A stretch of DNA of 20,426 bases from a virus, in IMG/VR virus record IMGVR_UViG_3300050498_000097, positions 66,700 to 87,125 of that record. One strand, 5' to 3'. Under the pieces are notes generated by a model, which worked only from the letters and a program-made list of their open reading frames with translations, was not told the DNA's origin and ran no database searches. This document shows, piece by piece, positions 12,938 through 20,426 of this stretch. Made by a program: the position numbers and the translations under genes. How positions within the stretch are numbered: the first letter of the stretch is position 1; each line of letters opens with the position of its first letter.

Positions 12938-14548
12938 ATGGCAAGAATCAACACCAAGGGTGCACGCACGACCAAGCCTTCAGCAGTTGGTCCAGTGCGC
13001 ACTGTTGCAAAGGACACAGTTACCTACGAAGGCGCTCCCGCTTACACCAGGGATGCCAAGTCGGAGCTATTCCTACTTGCCGTGTCCCAGTTCGTTGGGG
13101 AGCAGACCTTCTACGAGAAGGCTGACGACCGCACACAGCGCCTGGTCAACCTGGTTCGGACTGTAGCTGCTCAGGCCAATGGCCCAGAGTGGTTGCTGAA
13201 GTTCGTCCCTTGGCTACGTAAGGATGCCAACATCCGTACCGCAGCAATCATCGCTGCCGTGGAGGCAGCTCGGGCTCTACGTGAGAAAGGACAGACGGGA
13301 CAGGAGCCTGGCTACGCACGGCAGGTCCTTCGTGACACCATCACTCGTGCCGATGAGCCAGCTGAGGCACTGGCCTATCAGTTGAACACCTACGGCCGTA
13401 AGGTTCCCAAGCCTGTCCTCCGGGGCATTGCTGATGCTGCCACGCGCCTGTACAGCGAGCGCAACTTCATTAAGTGGAACGGAGATGGTGCGGTCAAGAT
13501 GGCTGACGTCATCGAACTGACCCATCCCAAGCCAAAGGCTCCTTGGCAGTCGACATTGTTCAAGTACATTTTGGACAGTCGACGTACAGGTGCAGAGCTG
13601 GACACGGATGCATTGCCCATGCTGTCAGCTCGGGCTCTGCTCCTTGCTGCACCCACCGAGGAGAAGAAGGCTGTTCTATCTGCGCCAGATGCTGCCGAGA
13701 TGCTGGACGCTGCCGGCATGACCTGGGAGCAGGTTTCTTCATGGGCTGCCTTCACGGCAGCCACCTGGGAAGCTCTGATCCCAACCATGGGATACATGGC
13801 CCTACTGCGGAACTTGCGCAACTTCCAGGAGGCTGGTATCAGCAAGCAGGCCATGAAGTTTGTGGCCGATAAGCTGGCTGATCCTGACGAGGTCATGAGG
13901 TCACGGCAGCTGCCATACCGGTTCCTGTCTGCCTACTTGGAGGCAACCAACTCGATGTGGGCACGGCCACTGGAGGCAGCTCTGGAGGTCTCAACATTGA
14001 ACATCCCGAGCCTGCCTGGCCGGACCTTGGTCCTAGTAGACACGTCAGGATCTATGACCAGTGTCGGCTACAGCGCCAAGTCGAAGATCAAGCCAGTTCA
14101 GGCTGGCGCTCTCTTCGGCATTGCCCTGGCAGCTAAGGGTGAACAGGTTGAACTTTTCGGCTTCGATGACCAGCTGTTTCCGTTTGCTCTCAAGCGTGGT
14201 GCAGGCGTTCTTCGAGCCACTGAGGAATTCAGCAAACTGGCCCGTGGAGGCGGCACCCAGACCGCCAAAGCCCTGAAGGCTACCTGGAATGGCCACGACC
14301 GAGTTGTTATCGTCACCGATGAGCAGACCTTTGGCCCACGCCAAGGGTACTGGCAGGGCGACGTGTCATCCCAGATCCCTGCCGAGGTGCCGATCTACAG
14401 CTTCAACATGGTTGGTTACGCACCGTCCATGATGGAGACTTCAGCCACTCGGCATCAGCTTGGTGGATTGACGGATGCCACCTTCTCAATGATCAGTCTC
14501 CTTGAGGCCGGTCAACAGGCAAAGTGGCCCTGGGAGCAGAGCAGGTAA
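12938..14548 (+). CDS. rsr: Ro60-related TROVE domain protein with C-terminal vWA domain
   Basis: TYEGAPAYTRDAKSELFLLAV..FYE, ADVIELTHPKP, GYMALLRNLRN, SRQLPYRFLSAY, MIDAS motif LVDTSGSM, IVTDEQ. Purine-rich SD, adjacent to Y RNAs. Confidence 0.96.
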   Translation: MARINTKGARTTKPSAVGPVRTVAKDTVTYEGAPAYTRDAKSELFLLAVSQFVGEQTFYEKADDRTQRLVNLVRTVAAQANGPEWLLKFVPWLRKDANIRTAAIIAAVEAARALREKGQTGQEPGYARQVLRDTITRADEPAEALAYQLNTYGRKVPKPVLRGIADAATRLYSERNFIKWNGDGAVKMADVIELTHPKPKAPWQSTLFKYILDSRRTGAELDTDALPMLSARALLLAAPTEEKKAVLSAPDAAEMLDAAGMTWEQVSSWAAFTAATWEALIPTMGYMALLRNLRNFQEAGISKQAMKFVADKLADPDEVMRSRQLPYRFLSAYLEATNSMWARPLEAALEVSTLNIPSLPGRTLVLVDTSGSMTSVGYSAKSKIKPVQAGALFGIALAAKGEQVELFGFDDQLFPFALKRGAGVLRATEEFSKLARGGGTQTAKALKATWNGHDRVVIVTDEQTFGPRQGYWQGDVSSQIPAEVPIYSFNMVGYAPSMMETSATRHQLGGLTDATFSMISLLEAGQQAKWPWEQSR

Positions 14549-14649
14549 ATAGGAAATGGGCACCAGGTGACATGTCCTTAAACGGCGCCAGTGATCTAAA
14601 TTGGCGGTTCACTGTCGTGAACAGGATCTGCAAAAATCCTTTGACAGTT

Positions 14650-14686
14650 GGCCCCGGTCTCCGGATATGAGGCCGGGGCCTCCTTA
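14650..14686 (+). terminator. Hairpin, possible terminator after rsr
   Basis: GGCCCCGGTCTC...GAGGCCGGGGCC with a weak U tract. Confidence 0.5.
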
Positions 14687-14701
14687 CATCCAGGAGAATG
14701 A

Positions 14702-15028
14702 ATGTCTGAGTACACCCGTGAGCTGGCCAAGATCGAACGCACTTTCCTCGGCTTCGAGGATCACGGCATACTGACCGGGTTCCTTCATGTCACCTACGGT
14801 TCAGCAGGCCAGGGCATCGGCGGATACACCATCACCCCAGTAGCTGGCCCCTACATCGAGCGCACGCTGAAAGCCTGCGGGGTCGACTCGTGGGAAAAGC
14901 TACGTGGTCGGACGATCTACGTCCTTACTGATCCCAGCACTCGCCGCGTTGAAGGCATCGAGAACCTGCCCACGGAGCAGGGCGAACGTTTCATCTTTAC
15001 CGAAGTCTTCGGCATCCCAGGATCTTGA
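14702..15028 (+). CDS. Hypothetical phage protein
   Basis: SD AGGAG; LGFEDHGILT..YGSAGQGIGGY..GVDSWEKLRG. Confidence 0.8.
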   Translation: MSEYTRELAKIERTFLGFEDHGILTGFLHVTYGSAGQGIGGYTITPVAGPYIERTLKACGVDSWEKLRGRTIYVLTDPSTRRVEGIENLPTEQGERFIFTEVFGIPGS

Positions 15029-15040
15029 CCAAGACGCCAC

Positions 15041-15069
15041 TTGACACCCTGGCTCCAGCGCGCTAACCT
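15041..15069 (+). promoter_or_regulatory. SigA-type promoter
   Basis: TTGACA-N17-TAACCT. Confidence 0.65.
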
Positions 15070-15193
15070 TGTCCATGTAAGCAAGACAAAGTTAGCTCAC
15101 AGGGAGGAAAATGAAGATCTGCCCCAGGTGATCGCCCAGATCTACTTATTGCAGCAATTAAATATCTACTCCATGGAGAGGGAGAAGTTAGCA

Positions 15194-16264
15194 ATGTCAG
15201 CACTGGTTGAATCAATGATGAGCGTTCGGCAAGCACCCTGGCACAACGAAAACGTCACCATCCTGGACGAGTATCCAGGCTCCTGGGCTGAGGCCCGTGG
15301 TCCCGCTGGTCTGCTGTGGGAGCCCGTCGAGGAGCCGGTCTACCGGCTCGCAGGTCCTGAGGTCAAGGACATTCCCATCTACGAGCTGCACAGTATGGAC
15401 AAGGATGGGTCGCCCCTGTACAAGCTCAAGGGCACCGAGCCGGTTGAGTGGCCCACCTACGAACTCAACCCTGATCACAAACACATCGTGCGCTCAGACA
15501 ATGGAAAGATCCTGTCGGTCAACACTGACGGCTACGCCCTGATCGATCACACCGCCATGGGCGAGATCGTGGAGGCAGTTCTCGGGATCGAGAACGTCAA
15601 GTACGAGACGGCCGGCTCACTGGATGGCGGCAAGGCAGTCTGGTGCCTGGTGTACCTGGACGAGCCGATCGAACTCCCTGGCGACGCCACCATGACCTAT
15701 CCGTTCATGGCGCTCACCAACCGCCACGACGGCAAGGGCTCTTGTGCCCTGCGCGCCACGGCCGTGCGCATCGTGTGCATGAATACTTTCCGGGCGGCCG
15801 AGATGGAGGGCGAGCGCACTGGCGCCACCTTCTCCTTCCGGCACTCCAAGAACTGGCGTGAGCGCATCACTGAGGCCAAGGAGGCTGTGACCGGCGCCCG
15901 TAAAGAGATTCGGGAGTACCGGGAGCTGGCGCTCGAACTGCTCGGACAGCCGATCACCGCTGGCCAACGGGAGCTGTTCGTGGCTGAGTTCATCCCGACG
16001 CCGCCGCAGGGCCTGATCACCGACCGGGTCATGCACAACATCGAGACCTCTCGCAAGGAGCTGCGCAACATCTTTGTGTCAGCAACGACTGCTGACATCG
16101 CAGACACCGCATACGGACTCATGCAGGGCGCAGTCGAATACCTGGACCACGTCCGTACCGCACGCAGCTGGGAAACGAAGCTCGGCCGCACCATCATCCG
16201 GCCTGAGCCCCTGAAGGCCAAGGTTCTTAAGCTGGTCCGTGAGGTTGCCGAGGCCGAGGTATAA
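15194..16264 (+). CDS. DUF932 (LGT_TIGR03299-like) phage/plasmid protein
   Basis: MMSVRQAPWH, YETAGSLDGGKAVW, NRHDGKG, VRIVCMNT, FRHS, AVEYLDH. SD before ATG 15194; the track TTG at 15041 is the -35 box. Confidence 0.9.
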   Translation: MSALVESMMSVRQAPWHNENVTILDEYPGSWAEARGPAGLLWEPVEEPVYRLAGPEVKDIPIYELHSMDKDGSPLYKLKGTEPVEWPTYELNPDHKHIVRSDNGKILSVNTDGYALIDHTAMGEIVEAVLGIENVKYETAGSLDGGKAVWCLVYLDEPIELPGDATMTYPFMALTNRHDGKGSCALRATAVRIVCMNTFRAAEMEGERTGATFSFRHSKNWRERITEAKEAVTGARKEIREYRELALELLGQPITAGQRELFVAEFIPTPPQGLITDRVMHNIETSRKELRNIFVSATTADIADTAYGLMQGAVEYLDHVRTARSWETKLGRTIIRPEPLKAKVLKLVREVAEAEV

Positions 16265-16321
16265 CAGCCATAGCTGGGGGCAGGGGCGGTCCTGCCCCCA
16301 GTCTCAACGAAAGGGAAACTC

Positions 16322-16609
16322 ATGAAAATCTTGGCCGCCTTTGTCATGTCGTTCGTCATTACCATGGGCGTCACATACCCCTGGGAATGCGTAACGTTCA
16401 ATGACGCTCGGGCCCAGACCTACTGTGACCAAGCTGGAGGTGAGATTGAACGCTTCAAGTCAGACACTGTCGTCGCGTGTATGAAGTGGAGTCGTAGTCC
16501 GGCAGAAGTGCCAAGTAGTTCATCACTTGGCGTCATGGTCCTTTATCGCGGACCTGGCGAAATCCTCTTCTGGTGGGAGAAGGACCAGCATCGTGTCCAA
16601 TTCAACTGA
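16322..16609 (+). CDS. Small secreted or membrane hypothetical protein
   Basis: SD GAAAGGGA, hydrophobic N-terminus, C-x-x-x-GG motif. Confidence 0.65.
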   Translation: MKILAAFVMSFVITMGVTYPWECVTFNDARAQTYCDQAGGEIERFKSDTVVACMKWSRSPAEVPSSSSLGVMVLYRGPGEILFWWEKDQHRVQFN

Positions 16610-16859
16610 CAAGGTCCTCGACACGGCAGCCGTGGCCAAGATATTGGGCCTAGCAACAGCAACGGTTACCAGGTATCTCACTGAATCAAGAAGGGTGAAC
16701 GGGCGGTACTACACCCACCCATTCCCGATTCCAGATGGATTCATCAGTGGGGCCCCGTACTGGCTGTCTCACCGAGCACATGAAATTGAAGCTTGGTCAA
16801 ACGCTCGACCAGGGAAAGGCTCTGGCGGCGGTCGACCACCTAGAAGGGAAAAGAAATGA
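16593..16859 (+). CDS. Helix-turn-helix DNA-binding protein (excisionase/MerR-like)
   Basis: LDTAAVAKILGLATATVTRY..FPIPDG....PYW...IEAW...RPGKG. GTG 16593 is the likely start. Confidence 0.8.
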   Translation: MSNSTDKVLDTAAVAKILGLATATVTRYLTESRRVNGRYYTHPFPIPDGFISGAPYWLSHRAHEIEAWSNARPGKGSGGGRPPRREKK

Positions 16860-17032
16860 ATCAGCGACCTCAGACGTGGCCCGAGTGCTGGCGCTACGCC
16901 CGTACCATCGGATACCCACGAACATTGCGGGGTGTGATGCGGGCATACAGAGATCTCGTGCATGCCGCCTACTTGCCCTGGGGTGTTCGACGCACCCCCA
17001 TCAACGAACTGTATGAAGAGCTTGTCAACTGA
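16856..17032 (+). CDS. 58-aa hypothetical protein
   Basis: ATGA overlap with the previous stop. MNQRPQTWPECWRYARTIGYPRTLRG...ELVN ends just before the terminator. Below the track cutoff. Confidence 0.55.
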   Translation: MNQRPQTWPECWRYARTIGYPRTLRGVMRAYRDLVHAAYLPWGVRRTPINELYEELVN

Positions 17033-17036
17033 AACG

Positions 17037-17076
17037 AAAGCCCAGACCCCGAATTAGGGGCCTGGGCTCTTTTGTT
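17037..17076. terminator. Probable bidirectional terminator between convergent genes
   Basis: AAAGCCCAGACCCC-GAATTA-GGGGCCTGGGCTCTTTT. Confidence 0.75.
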
Positions 17077-17084
17077 GACCGGAC

Positions 17085-17600
17085 CTACAGGTCAGGTGTC
17101 ACTTCTTCCACTGCGCCTGGCTCGATGGTGATGCGCTCTGCATCGCCAGCCACGACAACGATCTGTAAATCACCAGAAGCCTCTAGCGGGCCCGTGGCGT
17201 CCACGTGCACATTGGCCGTACCGAGCACTCCGGTCGCAGCTGCTGAGGCCGTACCGTCGCCATTGTCCGTGAGGGCAATGATCGAGGGGTCGTCTACCGT
17301 GTAGACCACCGTCTCGCCAGCGGGCAGTGGTACCGGGTTGCCAACCTCATCGGTAGCAGTTACCGATAACGCGACCTTCTTGTCAGCCTGTAGATCCATG
17401 ATCACACTTACCTTTCGTGGGGGTTTGCAGGTTGGGGGCAATCCCGCAACCCGTTCTTCGGGGGCAGTTTCTTCTGGGGCTCCGATATGCCAAACCAGGG
17501 ATTTTGGCTTGCAACAATTGCAGCCATCGACTGTCACGGAGACATGTATTGTCAAAAGGGCCTCCTCGTAGAGGCAATTCTCGATGCAGAGAGTATCCAA
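17085..17600 (-). CDS. Ig-like beta-rich protein, possibly virion-associated, with in-frame internal start at 17399
   Basis: MDLQADKKVALSVTATDEVGNPV...YTVDDPSIIALTDNGDGTA...GTANVHV. GAAAGGT SD before ATG 17399. The frame is open up to 17600, right after the terminase stop. Confidence 0.7.
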   Translation of the reverse strand: MDTLCIENCLYEEALLTIHVSVTVDGCNCCKPKSLVWHIGAPEETAPEERVAGLPPTCKPPRKVSVIMDLQADKKVALSVTATDEVGNPVPLPAGETVVYTVDDPSIIALTDNGDGTASAAATGVLGTANVHVDATGPLEASGDLQIVVVAGDAERITIEPGAVEEVTPDL

Positions 17601-17605
17601 GCCGC

Positions 17606-19871
17606 TTAGAAATTGCTATAGCTCCCAGCGTCTTGCCATAGCGACTGAAGCGTCGAAGACAAAACGTCGCGTGGGCTTGCGATACGGACCTCTTTCTTTT
17701 CACCGTCCATTAGGAATCGGCAGGCATGGACCAAGGCGTCCAGGCGGTCTGGGGATTCTCTAGTTCCCCAGCCGACAAAGGTCGACATCTGGTCCTCCAG
17801 CTTGGGCATGTGTCCAACTATGTGGAGCCGACCCTGTTCGCAGCGCATGGCAACAGGCTCGCCCCTGGTTCGCTTACCCAGCTTCGTGTCAATTCGAACC
17901 AGTGGCGGCTTGGTATTGGCCGGGAATGTGCCAAGGCCCACCAACTCGTAGTAGGCATCGTTGAACACCTGCTGCATCCAGCGCTTGCCCAAGTTCTCTT
18001 CTACTACCAACTTGTCAGCGCCGAACTCGGCCACTACGCGCCAAGCCTCTAGGGCCGCAGCTCGGCCTACGGCCATAACTGAACGATCAGCTTGGACATA
18101 CAGATGCTTCTGTCGGTCCCGAGAGACGACGATGATACCCATCTCGTCGTCCTCACCAGTGAGGCTTGGGTCTACTCCGACCACCGTGGAAACCAGCCCA
18201 TCGGGCGTGTCATCAACCCGGTAGTTCTCGATATCAAGGCGTGTGAACAGGGCACCGTCGAAAGCCTCGATAATGTCGCCATACAGTTCCTGGCGCCCGA
18301 TCGTAGTTCCCTCAAACCGACGTCTCAATTCCTCAATTACCAGTGAGGATAAGTTGGCCTGGTTTTCAAACGTGGATCCACGAATAACGTGGACTGTGCC
18401 ATCATCTCGCTTCACCCAGTCCTGGATGATGTCGATTGGCTTCGGCGTCGTGGTTACAAAAGCTCGTGGATGGTCGTTTGTGAGATCAGTCCGCAGCGAC
18501 GGCATGATCCCCTCACTCCACGAACGCCCTGGCCAGCGCCATTTACAATTATGGATAAGTAGCTGGCCACTTCCGGCAAAAAACTCTGGAGCATCACCAG
18601 CAACTGTGATGTCGTAAACGTCAACTGGAGCGGAGACCTTGACGACGTCTACGACGAGCGTCGTTGTTCTTCTCCCTGCCAGCTGCTGCTCGACAAGAGG
18701 CGCCGCAAAACTTGGCCCGCATTCCGTTACTAAGGTACTCAATACCGCACTGAGCACAGATAACTGGTCGTGCCTCTCGGCGCTTCCAATAGGCTGTGAG
18801 TCGCTTAGAGGTTGCCTCTGGGGACATGTTACTAATCCACGCCTCATCATCCCGCTGTCTGCAACTAAGGGCTCGGTGATCGTGAATGGTAAGAAGTTCC
18901 AGATTCCCGATCCGGTTGTCCCAACGTTTCCGATTAATGTGGTTAATTTCATGGCCTTCTGGGATGGGTCCATACTTCTTGATCCAGATGCATCTATGGA
19001 GTAATGACCCAGACCGATTGAGGTGGTAGCCCATCCTCTTATTGAAGTACCAACATTCACCATCCCAGTCATAGAAGGCTGGGGCTTCGCTGGCGACTGG
19101 GTCTTCATTTCCTGTTGACATGTCGTCATAATGTCATATGGCGCTACGTGGCGTGCGTCAACCCACCGGCCATTTGCCCAAACCCTGTGCTCTGGCGTGA
19201 CCCTGACGGCACCCGAAGTGGTTCTGATCTCCAGGACCTCGGCGTTTCGGCGAGTGAGTCCAGCTTTAATGACTGGACGCCACCCCTTGCGCGTCAGCAC
19301 TAGGTCTCCAGCACGCACATCCTGAACGAAGATTCGACCGCGAGCAGTAGTTATAAGTTCATGTTTGGCGACACAGATTTCATCAAGCCATGCTCCAGCT
19401 AAGTTGTAACCACGGCCAACATCCGGATTATCTGCACCCTCGGTATAGATCTTTGATCCATTAGGGAATAGGACCATGGGGCGTGGGGACATCTTATATC
19501 GATGTCTGATCTTTTTGCGCTCCAGTACCCGCAGGATCCCGGCTGGCCCCTCCATGCAAATGGTCCGGGCATCAGACAATGTTTCAGCAATCACCAACCA
19601 CTCGGTTGGTGTACCACTGCTGTCGTAAGGATGCTTTAAGACTTGCCCAGCAATCCATTCACTTCCACTTCTCGATTTCCCGAAAGCCGCGTCCGGCTAA
19701 AGCTAGACAGACAAACCACCCGCCATCAGGCGGCACCTGTTCTGGTCGTGCGACCCACCACCATTCACCCCTGAGCATCTCCTCGATCATGTACGGCGGC
19801 TGTCCCGCCAACCACGCCAGACGCTCGGGCTCTGGGAGGGCTGCAACCCTATCCTGCAGTGATAACCCCAT
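17606..19871 (-). CDS. Terminase large subunit with intein and +1 frameshift at about 19683-19685
   Basis: N-terminal segment (19871-19683) WVARPEQVPP..LAGRGF joins GKSRSGSEW in the +1 frame. Walker B AWLDE, TTTPKP, RQELYG, nuclease VVGVDP and SPDRLDALVHA. Confidence 0.92.
18548..19375 (-). mobile_element. Intein (276 aa) in the terminase at the Walker B motif
   Basis: WLDEI|CVAKHELITTARG...TPEHRVW...VYDITV...EFFAG...LIHN|CKW. Confidence 0.93.
18621..19121 (-). CDS. HNH homing endonuclease encoded in an alternative frame inside the intein
   Basis: LHRCIWIKKYGPIPEGHEINHINRKRWDNRIGNLELLTIHDH plus a CAQC...FCGASC zinc finger. Confidence 0.88.
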   Translation of the reverse strand: MSTGNEDPVASEAPAFYDWDGECWYFNKRMGYHLNRSGSLLHRCIWIKKYGPIPEGHEINHINRKRWDNRIGNLELLTIHDHRALSCRQRDDEAWISNMSPEATSKRLTAYWKRREARPVICAQCGIEYLSNGMRAKFCGASCRAAAGREKNNDARRRRRQGLRSS

Positions 19872-19937
19872 AGCAAGTGATGCTACACCAAATGTCCGAT
19901 GTTCTGGATCTTCCTCACTTGCTCGTTGTCCAGGGGG

Positions 19938-19968
19938 TTGACACCCCCACGTAGGGGTGTGCTACTGT
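19938..19968 (+). promoter_or_regulatory. Promoter-like site with palindromic operator
   Basis: TTGACA ... TGcTACTGT with a long 19-nt spacer that contains ACACCCC-CACGTA-GGGGTGT. Divergent from the terminase. Confidence 0.55.
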
Positions 19969-20345
19969 TGCAACAGCACCAGGGAGGCTTGAGGACCTGG
20001 ACGAGCTACTTGAAAATTGGAAAACGTTGTAGGGGGTATAGCTGCCTGGTCATGGGCGCTATACTCGACAGGGATGGTGCTGCATAAGCGGTTCCCCGGT
20101 ACTGCATCTGCGCCCATTCCACCTAAGTCGCCCCAAACAGGCTGACAATACTGGGATCTCCTTTCTCCCGCGTCAGCTAGTGGACCGGCCGGACCAGGCT
20201 CCTCCTCCGGTGGGCGCAAAGGAGGAGCATCAGCTTCCCTAGCCGCCGTGGTGTGGGAAGACCGTCAGGCCCCTTTGATGAGGGAGGCAGAGCGTCCCAA
20301 AAGACGCGATGAAGCCAGTGAACTTGTCAGAGGGGTTTGGCATAT

Positions 20346-20417
20346 GGACGCATAGCTCAATGGGAGAGCGCGCGGTTTACGCCCGTGAGGTTCCAGGTTC
20401 GAGCCCTGGTGTGTCTA
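20346..20417 (+). tRNA. tRNA-Val(TAC)
   Basis: GGACGCA/TGTGTCT; CGCGG-TT TAC GC-CCGTG; GGTTCGAGCCC. Confidence 0.92.
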
Positions 20418-20426
20418 CGCAGTGAA

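Noticed and set aside
12235-13166. ORFs 12235-12705, 12533-12862, 12745-13125 and 12855-13166
   Set aside because: They overlap the Y RNAs or rsr in other frames and have no protein-like motifs.
14611-14649. Hairpin with CTGCAAAA loop resembling a Cys anticodon arm, and TTGACA at 14641
   Set aside because: No T arm or acceptor stem, and no -10 box at suitable spacing.
15697-16401. 234-aa minus-strand ORF and other antisense ORFs over DUF932, rsr and terminase
   Set aside because: Typical antisense shadows of GC3-rich genes.
20276-20320. Hammerhead ribozyme or C/D-box from TGATGAG motifs (also about 8149 and 8460)
   Set aside because: The CUGANGA plus GAAA core with the required stems is not present.

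Overview
Segment of a large high-GC tailed phage, most likely an actinobacterial phage or prophage. On the minus strand are DNA-packaging genes: a terminase large subunit (17606-19871) and, at the left edge, a portal-type gene (<1-1331). The terminase is split by a +1 frameshift in its Walker A motif and carries an intein with an HNH endonuclease overprinted in a different frame. The portal-type gene also carries an intein. Between them lies a block of about 15.4 kb that is mostly plus-strand and rich in RNA genes. It contains a candidate ~270-nt structured ncRNA, a leader ORF and attenuator-like hairpin, and an array of 37 tRNA or tRNA-like genes covering all 20 amino acids, many of them non-canonical. 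The array is interleaved with two HNH genes, small ORFs and about a dozen stem-closed structured non-tRNA spacers. Next come four tandem Y RNAs, a Ro60/TROVE (rsr) gene and a DUF932 gene. A second RNA-rich unit ending in tRNA-Val starts at the right edge. All folds and coordinates were read by eye and may be off by a few nt.
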